This document shows positions 33,999 through 46,334 of a stretch of 64,000 bases of DNA, in pieces (within the stretch, counting starts at the first letter, position 1; every line of letters begins with the position of its first letter). This DNA is from Fimicolochytrium jonesii (taxonomy: Eukaryota). The notes beneath the pieces were generated by a model, which saw only the letters and a list, made by a program, of their open reading frames with translations, made no database searches and had not been told where the DNA came from. Where the stretch lies: NCBI RefSeq assembly GCF_025526975.1, contig NW_026515669.1, positions 372,001 through 436,000 on the forward strand, in the 5' to 3' direction. The translations under genes were made by a program, and so were the position numbers.

Positions 33999-34658
33999 GA
34001 GGCCCACTGCGCCCAACTCCTGCCCATCCTTTGCCGACAAGAAACTCGTAAGCCCGGCCCCAAAAGTGGGCCTCAAATTCAAACCAGAACTCAGTAACAC
34101 GAGAAGAGAAGATACTGCAGCCCCGCCCACGGTAGTCCTTGACCATAAAGAACTGTAACTGTTTTGTATAGCGTGGTAGGTGTTAGTGGTGGCAATTGTG
34201 ATAATAGCAAGATTGGTAAGCAAAATAAAAGGGGCAGATGGGCGAGCACGACACACACATACCTGACTCGCAATGAATTCCCAGAGCCAGTGAGTGGGCC
34301 TCAGGCATTTTGAACCTACAGCCCGCATCGCCATCACAGCAATATCGTTCACCTCCATGTCCTCAAGGTCGGTGAGCTTGTGGTACTCAGTGTACAGCTT
34401 TGCTGCTCGATACGAATGTTCGTTCTCCTTCCCAAAGATGAAGGCACCTTTCTTGTTGTTGGCCTCGACTCGCTTGGCAAGCAGTGCTACTTTTGCGAGC
34501 AACTGATCGTCGGTGAGCTTCCCATTCCGACCTCGGAAACACATGAGGCCAGTGTGCAGAAGATTTCCTTGCATGGCCCTGTTCTCGTCGACCAGGCATT
34601 GAACTCTCTGCTTTGCCTCCTCATGATCCTCCTGCAGTTTGGTGTAGGTTGTTTGCAA
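33999..34658 (-). pseudogene. 5' part of the putative transposase gene split by A (coiled-coil exon, intron 34159-34262); true start may lie further upstream
   Basis: Phase-0 GTATGT..CAG intron gives ..EFIASQ|LQFFMVKD..AYEFLVGKG, in frame with ORF 324-860 across the TSD. Confidence 0.45.
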
Positions 34659-34820
34659 TATGCTGAGGTCGTTTCCGAGTTTGGTATGTTTGGGTTGGAG
34701 TTTGGTGTGCCTTGTGTCGAGGTGGGCAAGGAAGCCTGCAAGAAGATCCCATTCTGTTTCCAGGTGTCCTTTGACTCATTGGGATCTAGTGCATACCTCC
34801 AGAAGGATGTCCAGCTGTCC

Positions 34821-34905
34821 CAATGTTCTCCAAACCACTCCCAGTGTTCTCCGAACCACTCCCAGTGTTCTCCGACCCACTCCCGATGATGTCCGAACCA
34901 CTCTC
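34821..34905. repeat. About 4 copies of a 21-bp tandem repeat
   Basis: CAGTGTTCTCCGAACCACTCC-like units. Confidence 0.8.
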
Positions 34906-35566
34906 CATGTCATCGGCTGGGTTGTCCTCTCTACCTTCAGCTGATTCACCAATTGAACTCAGAAGGCAAAGAAGTGCAGTACTGACACAACCCTGAGCTA
35001 AAATGGAGCGAACAACAGCTTTCCCATGCATTATAAGGACCTCCTTAATTCCATCGGCCGAACATAAGGTTTTCAATGTGCTCTGTGTCTCCCCAGGGCA
35101 CATTGCTTTCAGGAACATCGTAGGTCGTGTCGGGTTGGGTCAGAACTGAAGCTTTGGGACTCCCAGAGCTTCTAACAGACTGCTTGGATCGTAAAATCTG
35201 CAACAGGGAATGTAAATGGGATGACTTGAAAAGTGAACGAGGTTCGGGTATATTTTACCTGCACCTAGCTTCATCGTGCTCTCTGGCTGCCCTCATCTCA
35301 GGAATGAAAACACCCCCTTGGAAGGAGACTGTAGGGGCCCCAAGACCCCCTGCTGTTCGGAAGTACTTGGGGTTCATTGAATTGGGCCTGTGACGAGAAT
35401 CAATGTGTGTGTAGGAGGTTGAAGCCTAAGCTAGTTCGGACACCCAAATCGTATGTGAAACTCGCCAAACACTCCAAACTCGCAACGACGCGTCGTCACT
35501 AGTGCAGAATGTTTGTCACCACCCTGATCGTCACTCGCCTGCAGATAGCCACCGGCGCGCCCAGTC

Positions 35567-35942
35567 ATACAAGGTCGGGGACTAGGTCCTACTGGCATCC
35601 AAATCCCAAGCATCACGGCATGAAGCAAGAAATTAGCCCCACTCTGGATCGGTCCATACGAGGTGATCGGGAAAGGCCCGCATCCGGACACGTACAAACT
35701 CGACCTGACAAAGGAGTTCCAGGGCCTACACCCGATATTCCACATTGGTATCGCTGAAGAGATGGAGACCCCGCGGACAACCGCTACCGCGAAGTAGGGG
35801 CCCCACCAAAGGGACATCGGCTGCCAGACGGCACAAGGGCTTACACAGTCGAAAGAATCGGACGATCGAAATGGGAACGGAACCGCAAGATGTTCCTGGT
35901 CAAATGGAAAGGTTACCCGGCTGATGTCAACACGTGGGAACT
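35567..35942 (+). pseudogene. Old chromovirus remnant (integrase C-terminus and chromodomain)
   Basis: YKVGD*V..KLAPLWIGPYEV..YKLDL..HPIFH; YTVERI..FLVKWKGYP..NTWE, with frameshifts. Confidence 0.75.
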
Positions 35943-36519
35943 GGAGCGGCCGGAGCGGCAAGGGCACGAGTGGGGACGGCAGAGACAGCAGAGACGGCAG
36001 AGGCGGCAGGGGCCCGAACGGGAGCGGCAGCGGCGGCAGAGGCAGTAGGGGCACGGGCCGGAGCAAGACTGATGTGGGTTCCGGGCGGAAGGGCAGGGGT
36101 GGCGCCGCTGGCGGACGACGAGGCTGTGGGGGCCGTCAACCTGGTAGTACGACGGGTGGGCGACACTGGCTCCGGGGAGACTTCCGAGACGAATTCTGTC
36201 CCCTCCGACTCCGATTCGACGTTGGTAATCTCGGGGGTCTCGACCCGCTCGAAGCGGGCGCGCTTGGACGGGGTAGGGCAAACCATGGTGGTAGACTGTG
36301 CACGGGGAAGGGAGCGTGAGGCAGAGGGAGCGGCGATTGAGATGGGAGCAAGGGAGGTCGCGGACGATGAGGGGTTGAGAAGGGAAGCGGTCCTCACCCT
36401 TCGTTTTATAGCCGGATCATCGAACTCGGTGAGCGCCGACTACGCCCAGGCGCAATGGCCGTTCCCCTGCTACAGCCCCCATGAGGACTATCGATGACGG
36501 TGTTCCCCGCTGTGCTATC

Positions 36520-36771
36520 GACGGCGGCCACATGTCACACATTCGGCTTATTCCCCTTCAACTTGGATATGCGGTGACGTTCTATAGCTGTCAAGGCCTC
36601 GCATTGGACCGTATTGTGCTGGACCTCAGGTCTTCTGTGTTGAGTCATGGACAGCTGTACACTGCCCTCTCCCGTGTGAGACGCAGCTTTGGTGTTCTGC
36701 TTTTATCTGATCCTGCACATGCGGGAGAGCGGTGCACCAAAAATGTTGTGTACTCTGAATTGCTGTCATAG
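36520..36771 (+). pseudogene. Helitron/PIF1 helicase C-terminal remnant
   Basis: PLQLGYAVT..CQGL.LDR..LDLR..V.SHGQLYTALSRVR...TKNVVYSELL. Confidence 0.8.
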
Positions 36772-37564
36772 ATTGGAACCTTCACACTTAGGTCCTACTA
36801 TTTTTCCCTCCCTCCCGGCTGGCTCCCATCAACTGCAATGTATGCATATCCACTTCATCCTACAGTCTTCCACGTCAATGTGCATGCTCAGTCAATCGAA
36901 ATTTATTTTACCGTACATTGATGGTGACATTCCACCATCGGCACTGTTCGGGCATGGTGACTTTCCACCTTCTATAATACCCATGGTCCTTCCATGTTTT
37001 CCTACGCATGCCCATTGTCACCCACACTGGCCGGTCAATGTCTATGGCACGGTTTATGGCCAGCGCGTGCGAAAGCGCGTGGATCGTACGGTACTGTGCC
37101 GATCGCGCGCGAAAATCGACGATTGTGGCTTGATGCTCCTGCGGCCACCTTCCAACTGCGCAAAGCGGCGTGGTGCTACTACCGTCTACGTACTGTACAG
37201 TATTCGCTCTTAATCCCAGGTCTGCGAAAAGCGCAAGCCTAATCGAAGGCGCTAATCAATCTCGCAGCAAATTAGCATCAAGTCCAGCGATAGTCATCTA
37301 GGCCCCCATTCAAGATCAAAAACGCGGTCGGTTTAAGTTACAGGTAGTGTGCAAAAGAGTACGACTGGGCAGCGGGGGCATAGAGTGCTACATAATACTG
37401 GACGCACAACTTTTGTTGCGCACTATATAGGGGTGTGCACTCAGTCGTTTTGGTGCAGAACTGAGAGGGTTATCAAAGTTCAATTGTGGCTTCTCAAGAT
37501 TCCAAAGTGTTGTGAAACGCCCTCTCTGATTTCTGCTGGTGGAAACCTCGGTAACATCATAAAC

Positions 37565-40500
37565 ATGGAGTCCGCTATCCACAACGGGAGCGACAAGGAC
37601 GCCCAGGAACCGCCAACAATCGTTCGGCCATATTCTGTGGCGTCTGAGGAGATGGAGACCTCGGCCGCGTCAATCCCGCCGGTGGAAAGCACTGCACCTC
37701 TCGAGACTGTTCCGCGAACCGCCGTGGACAAGATTGCGAGGGTCCTCGAACAGGGTGCACCGCGAAATCCATCCCCTGTACCTCTGTCACAAGCGCCGGA
37801 AACCGCAGCCGATGGTGAGTTGCAGAAGTCCCGCTGTGTTATGCGTGCTTGGTCAAGCTAACCTCCCTTCTATGCTACCCCAAAGCCTCCGTCAAAAGCG
37901 AGTTCCTCAAACGACAGCATGTACCAAAAGTCAACTCGTTCCGGAATGTCACCCGGGCCGCTGTCGTGGCCAATGTGATCGGGAAGAGCGACACATCAAC
38001 GGCTGCAGCAAAGAAAGGCGGGACAGGCCTTACGGCACAACAGGCCATGACCCGACTGACAGGTGTGATCTTCGACAACGAAGGAGAGATCCCGGCAGTT
38101 CTACGGGGCTTGGCGATCAAGACGGTGGAGTCCATGGACAAAGCGCGAGATCAGGTCGATACCTACAAACCGATCGTGGAGCACCTCATTTACTGGGAGA
38201 ACCTTAAGATCGCTCTGTACTTCAACACGGCCATCGTCTCGACGTTCCTGCTTACGAAACTGGGCTTCGGCTTCGGAACCGTTATCATCATTCTCATTTT
38301 CGTGATTGCTGCATTCCGCCGGAATCAAGCGAGGCTGCGACGGAAGATTCGAAACGAGCTCAACAAGCATTTCAGCGTTAAGAAAGTGGATACGGATAGT
38401 GAGACGGTTGAATGGATGAACCTGTTCCTGTCGCGCTTTTGGTTGATCTTCGAGCCCAGTCTTGCTGAAGGCGTGCAAACCAATGTCAACGCAGTGCTGG
38501 AAGCCAACAAGCCAGGGTTTCTGGATGATCTCCGGCTGACCACGTTCACCCTAGGATCGCAGGCGCCTCGCGTTGAGAGCATCCGATGTTACCCATCCAC
38601 CAGTGATGACATCTTGATGATGGACTGGGACCTGAGTTTCAGTCCTGTGGACGAAGACTCCGTGTCGAAAAAGGCTCGGCAAACCTCAGAACTTCGTAAC
38701 TCCAAAATTGAGCTTACGGCCAGGGTCGGAAAAGGCGTCGCTTCCATCCCCCTTCCGGTGTTGGTCAGCGAATGCGAGTTTCGTGGGAAGGCAAGAATTC
38801 AATTGAAGTTCATGACTTCCTTTCCGCACATCAAAACTGTCGAGTTTTGTTTGTTGGAGAAACCTATGATCGACTTCATCGTCAGGCCTCTCAAAGGAAT
38901 GGATCTCATGGACACCCCCGGGCTGAGCAACTTCATCTTCGACACCATCTACTTCTATACCAATCAAATCCTGGTGGACCCCAACAAGATCACCATTGAT
39001 CTCGAGCAGTTGTTGGGCTCATCTACAGAAGCAGACAAACCCGTAGGTGTGCTTCGCATTGCCTTATACGAAGGGAAGGGACTGCGGAACGTGGAACTTG
39101 CCGGCAAAAGTGATCCTTACGCGAGGGTCATGATTGGTGGAAAACCAGTCGCCAGGACCAAGACGATCGATAACTCCCTAGACCCCGTGTGGGATGAGAC
39201 CCATCACATTGTCATCTCCAAGTCGACTTTGGCACAGGTTGGGAGCAACTCTGACGAACTCCTCGTGGAATGTTTCGATTTCAACGGGATCTCCAAAGAC
39301 AAATCGCTCGGTAAAACAGCACCGCTGCGTCTGGCTCGGTGGATCAAACTCCTCGAGGATGCCACTTACAAGGAAGAAGTCGATGAGTCGCCTCTATTGG
39401 AAGGCGAGCGCGACATGTTGCTTCACGAATGGGGTTCCCCTATCGGGGACGTTGGCACAGACGTTTGGAAGAAGCTGGCCACAGACAACGGCGCCAAAGG
39501 AGATATCCGCCTGCAATTGAACTACTTCCCGGTGCATGATCTCGGCCCGGAAATCACCGTCGTCGAGGTTCCGGCAGGTATCCTCGAAATCGCGATACAC
39601 CAAGGTCGTGAGTTGGCTTGTTCCAAAAACGGCCACCCGGAGTGCTCCATCGAACAGGACGGTATGGAGATTTTCCGTACCCCGTCCAAGAAGAAGACAA
39701 ACAACCCTATATGGGAAACCAGAAACACAATCTTCGTCACCGATCTTGACTCCGTGAAACTCAAATTCCGTGTGTGGAATGATGGAAAGACGCTAGGTGC
39801 CTGTGAGATAAGTCCGAGGCAGTTCATTGGCAAAGAGGCCACGGACGATTGGTTCGGCTTATTCGGCAAAGACGCCAGTGGACGACTTCGCGTCACCTTC
39901 AAATTCACGCCAGTGGATCTCGAAGGCACTGGGGTTGATCGCAACAAGGTTCAGCGCCGCCAACCCACTGCGTTGTTGCGATTGCATGTTATTGAGGCGA
40001 AGGGACTGGCAAACGTCGAGATCATGGGCAAATCCGATCCGTACACAAAGCTGAATTTGGCAGGTCGAGCCTTCGGAGCCACGCATGTAAAGAACAGTGT
40101 GCTGGATCCGAAATGGGACGAAATCTTCTATGCAGTTTGCTATAGCAACCAGGAAATGTTGAACCTCTCTGTTTGGTAAGCGAAGCGAGAGCGAATTCGG
40201 TATGAGAGGGAGAATGACATAAAGACCCGTACTCACGCATGGATCATCCGTTCAAAGGGATTGGAACGACTTCAAGAAGGATCGGACGTTGGGGAAGACC
40301 GAATTCATGGTGGGCGACCTGATCAAGAATGAGTCCACACCAGAAGCTGGGGTCGATTCCGAGTTGCCTGGTATCAGAACGCCACCCAATGTCGGAATGA
40401 CCGAAGAGGCGTGGGCGAAATTGGAGAAGGATGGTTTGAAGGTCGTTCGCACCGGGATGACTGCCGACGTGTAAGTTTCACTTAAGATTAAAGACGACGC

Positions 40501-43030
40501 AGGCTTCCAGAGTTGCTCAAACACCTTTTTCAGTTGGGCGCCACTCTACATCCAAAAATCGGCTGCTGACGACTACGCAAGTCAACAACCCAGCAAAGCT
40601 AACAGTCCAGAGGGCTCCGTCGAACAGCTGAACGCGGACGCAGCCCCTGCGTCAAAGAAGGGCTTCCCTAAAGTGATGTCGATAGAAGGCCTCGCGAACG
40701 TCGGGCGCAGCTCAGGAACCGTCAAGGAACCGCGTCAGAAAGGGTTCATCCATTTCGTCGTCGATTACTTCCCAGTAGTCGGTGACAAGATCATTCATGC
40801 AGAGCGCGAAATGGTACTGAGGAAACAACCTGAGCCTTACAAGCCACCAATCACCGAAGATGGTGAACCGCTTGACGACGCAATATTGCGCGCACACGAG
40901 AAACAGGCTGCGTTAGACCTAGAAAAGTGGCATGAGGACGCTGTTGCGCACCAAACGCATCACGCAGCTCGTGTTGAGTTCGTCTCTTCAACTCTCAAGG
41001 AGCTTCCGTCCGGAATCATTTCGGTTCGCTTGCAAGATGCGCAGGATCTCAGAGTTCCGGTCAATGGATACGTGGAGCTCCTGCTGGATGACGAGCCGGT
41101 CTGGCAGTCAAAGACGAAGAAGCACACGGCACGCCCGTCATGGAGCGAGTCGATTGACAAGTACATCTCGAATCTGGCGAAGAGCAATCTGAGTTTGGCG
41201 TTGCGGAACCAGCTGGATAGTAAAGAGAGATCTGTTGGCGACCCTGTAGTTGGGGTATGGACGGGCGATTTTACGGAGTTACTGGGTAGAGCCAGTCACT
41301 GGATTGCTTTGCATGACCCACAGGGCCTTCCCGCAGGCAGGCTGCGATTAAGCATCGGTTTTGCGCCCGTGGCGGTTGAGGGAGACGGCTCGGAAGCTGC
41401 TGGCGGAATGGGCATGCTTCACATCGATGTTTTGGAAGCTAAGGACGTCGAAGGTGTTGACACGTCCGGCGCCAGCGACCCGTACTGTCAAGTCTACGTG
41501 AACGAGAACAAGGTCCACAAGACGAAAGTTGTCAAGAAGTCTCTGCATCCCGTTTGGAACGAGACCGTTTCTGTACCCATCACATCCCGCTTGCGCTCGA
41601 CACTCGAAGTCCGCGTGAAAGACTGGAACAATTTCGCAAAAGATATCACCTTGGGCTCTGTCCGCGTCCAACTAGCGAAACTACCGCCCAACGAAGTAAT
41701 CACCAAGGAATACCCATTGGAAGGCGCCCGGAGCGGGCACCTGAAGCTCCGCATGTTCTTCGATCCTCAAGCCCTCGAGAAAGGGAAGGACTCCCACAAT
41801 GGCACCGCAACATCGCTTCTACGGGGCGGTGATACTCATGACGCCAGTTCCCGCCTGACTGCAGAAGAAGGTAGCGCGGTGAAGAAGACTAGCAAAGCGC
41901 TGTTTGGGAAACTGGCAGGGACAACGATTGGCATCGGAAAGACTTTGGACAATAGCGTCGGCAGGGTTGCCACCAGGTCTGACAAGCATACGAAGGGCGC
42001 GCCGTCCATGAATGTCGAAGAGATTGCAAAATTGCACGGTATTGTCGGCGCGCCAACCGTAGTGGAGAACGAGGCAGCTGACCCGGCTTTGGGTAAGAGC
42101 AGTCGTTCCGAGAGGGTCAATGCGGCATCGCAAATGGTTGCATATATTAATCAATCCTCGTGTCCAATAGAAGGTGCAGGAGGAGCAAGTATTTCTCCCG
42201 GAGGCTTGTCCCGCACACCGTCCCTTCTATTCTCGAGTAAGCGCTGGATCACATTTGCCCGTACTCGTTTGTATCATCTTGAAATCCTGGCTTAAACCCG
42301 AAATCTGTAGACCTGGAGGGCTCCATGACACTTACAATTTTGGAGGCGTCAGGCCTGAAAGCCGTGGATTCTGGAGGCACATCTGATCCGTTCGTGAAGA
42401 TCATGCAGATGCACCGTGGCAAACTGAAGACGATTCACAAGACTTCGGTGGTCAAGAAGACGTGCGATCCGAAGTTCAAAGATGAGAGGGTTACCATTGT
42501 CGTGCCGGTATGTTTTTCATCCTTCCGCCAATGTACCACTTGGTTGTGTCAACTATCTAAAATCTTCCACGACCTTCACGTCACGTCACCCTAATCAGCC
42601 AACGCAAATCCGCCTGGTCGTGAAAGACCACAACACCCTGCAAAAAGATGTCGCGTTGGGCGAGGCTGACATTGAACTTGCCGAGTGGTTTGGCAACCCT
42701 CAGGCGCCGACCACCATCGAAAAGTGGGTGCCTCTCGCTGTCGGGGGGACCGGCCAGGTCCTCATCCGCGCGGAGTTTGCCGCCGGTGTTGGAACGTCCA
42801 TCAAGTCCGGACATGTCAGTCGCGGCAGCATATCCTCTGTTGCGTCGATTGGAAGAGATGCCCCTGGTCTAGGTACCGCCGGCGGATTGAATTCGAGTAG
42901 AGGCGGAAGTCCCATCGGAAGCCCGCCCACCCTCCGGAGAAGCATCAGTTTCTCAAGCCTGGGATTGAAGCCGAGGAAGAAGGCGGGTGAGGGGAGCACC
43001 TTTAGCGGGCTTGGGAGGCAGGCTTCATAA
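37565..43030 (+). CDS. TCB: Tricalbin / extended synaptotagmin (TM, SMP, multiple C2 domains), spliced
   Basis: ETVEWMNLFLSRFW SMP domain; several C2 domains (GKSDPY, SDPYC, TSDPFV); GT-AG introns link the ORFs. Confidence 0.9.
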
Positions 43031-44159
43031 GCAAAGTTTGCTAACCGATGGTGATAAATTCACGGGAGGGTGGCTTAGAGTAAGATATAGTTAGGTTCGC
43101 AAGCAAATGCAGAAAGAATTAGGCGCTATCGAATTACTACTAGCAATCAGCTACAAATATTAAATCGAAGTCCCAGGCATTTTTTGTTCGATCAGGCATG
43201 TGCATGGGGCTGGACTCGTAATGCCGCCTGCAACCTTTGCTTTGAATGTCCCCTTCCGACCCAGCATTTCGAGAGTTGGATTCATCCACGATCAGGACTA
43301 CGTGTCCACGCCGCATAGAATCACTACCGGGAGAGGCTGGAGCTAACGACGTTACCCATGTGACTCATGCGCTCCTGCTCGAAGCCCCAGATCTGTCGTG
43401 AGCGTGAGTACCCCTTTTCATACCCCGGCTAAGCAAGCATTTGCGAGGGCCCATAACATCATGCAGGATGTGGGTCGTAGCCTCCAGCAGGAAGATGAAG
43501 GCGATTCGGTTGTCACCTCCTAGATCTGTCGTAGGGGCGAAGGTGCTGTTACCATCCCCATGTAACAAAGTGTTGATCACGTTCGTCCACATGAAAGAAC
43601 CACTGCCCCGTCGATGGAATGCCGTCTGAACCTGCGTCTGAACTACGTGCCCTTCCTCACGGTCGTTTTATCAAAGCTTCATCGCGCTCGCTTTCAAATT
43701 GTTGAGCAACGAACTTACCAGAATTTCGTGCACCAGCTTCAGCTTGCCCTTCAGCTTGCCGTGAGCTTTCGATACCCGGAACTTCGAATTGTTTGGCAAT
43801 CCTAAAGGTTACCCCCTACTTACCTGTGCCTGAGCTTCCGTGAGCAGCCACCCTTTTTAGAGCGTGGGAAAGTCCCATTTACTGGCGATTCGCTGTTCGC
43901 AGCTATCTTGGCTCTTAGAAGGGATTCTCACAGGCAACTAAGGAACTTCATTAATTACTATAGGTAAGCGGGTATTGGTACGTGTTGTCTAGAATCGCTG
44001 AATTCATAAACCTACCATCAAAGGACGACGGGCAACACCCATACGAATCCGCTTAGTGTCTCTCTTTTCGGGTGTCACTTTCAAGTCGACAATGTCTGGG
44101 ACGCATTCAGTCTTCTTTTCTCGGTAGTTGCTCCGACGCCAGCACGCTCCCTACCGTTT

Positions 44160-45197
44160 GTGGACAAGCAACGATGGTCCCGCCTTCTTCTCAAGCAGTT
44201 CCGCTTGCTTGTTCGAACTCTCAACCATCGTTTGGGTCTATCCCAGTCGCTTCAGTGTCCGGCTATGGTCAATCTGACTTTGCTGATCACCAAGAACGGA
44301 CACTTACAGTAGGCTGCCAGATATCAGGTTACGACGGGTTGTTGAGCCTCCCTGTGCAACCCCAGAAGTCACCGGCCAGCTGTCAGTCCTGCCCTGGGCT
44401 AGCGGTCGTGCTGAAAGGATTTGCATGGGGGTCGGCAACTTGAGCCGGTGGCTATGCTCGGAATGATGTGTCCTTGGGGCGTCGTAACCTGATATCTGGC
44501 AGCCTACTGTAGACGTCCCTTTGTTTGGTTGCTCGTTTTGGATCCGAACTGGAATGGGCGATCGTGCGGATATCCAAGCCAAGCTGCGGTTAGAACGACA
44601 AAGGAAGATAGTTTATCGATGGATAACCGATTCGCATATAAACGTGCTACGTGGCATCAAAGTTCAGGGAAACCCGCCGGGTCGATGTGCCGAAACAATT
44701 CCGTGGGGAGCCCTGAAAGGGCAAGCCGCCGCAAGGGGATGGGTGATGATGAGCCTTTCATGCTGGACCGAAAAGAACTCACTGTGGGATCCGTGTGCAA
44801 CGTGTTACACGGAAATGGCGAACTTGGAGATCTGGGGAGCAAGCGTGATCGCTTGGTAGTGAATTAACGTGGAATTGAGGATATTCGTCGATGCTTGAAA
44901 GACAATTCGGGAATCAGTTGCATCAGTGCGAGTGATCCATCAGATGTCCCGATGTTCGAGTGGATGTCCCAGCCAGTGGTCCCGTTGATCACATCCAACC
45001 CTTACTTGCTTTTTATTGACGGCCAAGGACGCATGTTCGCATACGATCAAGTGGGTCGTGATTTATACCTTCTCGGCAAAACCGTTACGACCGGGATAGA
45101 TGCTTGGGTTCGTTGCGCTTCCGACAAATGGCTCATGCTTTCACATGACGCGGGCGAATGGACGGGATATTATGGGGACGGGTCATTCGATGGGTAA
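44160..45197 (+). pseudogene. Degraded gene interrupted by a MITE; C-terminus SUKH/US22-like
   Basis: MITE removal restores ..ITKNGHL|DVPLFGCSFW..; later frameshift and stop; C-terminal LLFIDGQGRMFAYD...LYLLG. Confidence 0.35.
44307..44509. mobile_element. Tc1/mariner-type MITE (203 bp)
   Basis: Perfect 30-bp TIRs CAGTAGGCTGCCAGATATCAGGTTACGACG, flanked by TA on both sides. Confidence 0.9.
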
Positions 45198-45605
45198 AAT
45201 GGGAAGTGGTCTAAGTTTTCGTATTAGAATCCGTGGATAGTACGTTCCTGTCGAAAATGTAAAATGTGAAGCTACACTGTTTTTACTGAATGCTCTGACT
45301 GCACTGCTCATGTAACAAAAAACTACAATTGATGTTGGAACCTTGAATGATCCGCCGGTGGATGACGGGCAACTGCGAGGCACGACGGGAACGACTCAAC
45401 TGCGCGACTTTGGCCGAGCCACGGCCGTGAAGGTACTGGTTATGCTTGAGGTGGTACTCAAGTCCTGCCGATATTCGCGCGAGCAGCATCCATTTGGCGG
45501 GGCGTTCGCTTACCTGGGATACGTGGGAGGTTCCGAGTCCGCACCAGTCGGCAAGCCATTTTTTCGTGACTGCATTGAAAAGGCCAGAGACTCTTCCCTT
45601 CGGAC

Positions 45606-45815
45606 ATGTTCTCCCCACCGACGACGTTCGTGATCAATTTGCAAGAAGACGTTGACCGGTTGTCCAACGTCGACAACGAGCTCCGCAAGATCGGCCTCCC
45701 GTATGAGCGCATGGACGCTGTGAAAGGGAGCGCGTTAAGCTCAACGGAATGTTTAGGGTTACTACACCCTTACAAGTTGCCATCATCGGCGACGCCTCAG
45801 GCAGAGGTACAATGA
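45606..45815 (+). pseudogene. Glycosyltransferase family 25 N-terminal fragment
   Basis: FVINL..DVDRL...L...GLPYERMDAVKG motif; no intact continuation seen. Confidence 0.5.
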
Positions 45816-46334
45816 TGTGAATGGCAGATAACCACCACGGAAAATGGGATGGGGTGAGGATTCTAGACTACCTACAGTTACGGGAGAATGCGTCTGGTCT
45901 GCGTCCATTGCCAAGCACCACCGAGTTCACAATCGAGAGGAAATTCTTGGTGCTTAGGACGTCCCGATTGTGCACTTTCATCCGTAGTCGTAGTGGTTGT
46001 CTTCCAGGAATCCGCGTCCAGTCTTGGTTGGAGCAAGGAAATCGAGATCCGCGCCACAGAAAGCCACGCCCGCGCCACACGACGTCTCGGGCTAACTCGG
46101 GCGTGGGAATTCCCGAAGGAGGCCGTAGGGTATCGACAATCCGACGAATTACTAGTCGCTCATTGTGCATTTGCCAGCGCAAGCAGCAGCAGCAGATAGC
46201 AGCAGGTGCTTATCTTTGACTCTCTGTCGTCCCAAGGCCGCTTGTTTACGTTTGGTCAATCTCTTACAGCAGGGCAGCGATTCGCTTGAGAGTCGTCGGA
46301 TAAACCACCAACGCATCTCCTAGAAAACTCGAAA

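Noticed and set aside
34821..34905. Repeat array as CRISPR-like
   Set aside because: Head-to-tail 21-mers with no spacers, in a eukaryotic context.
37060..37205. GC-rich palindromes as the Helitron 3' hairpin/CTRR end
   Set aside because: No convincing hairpin followed by CTAG could be fixed by eye.
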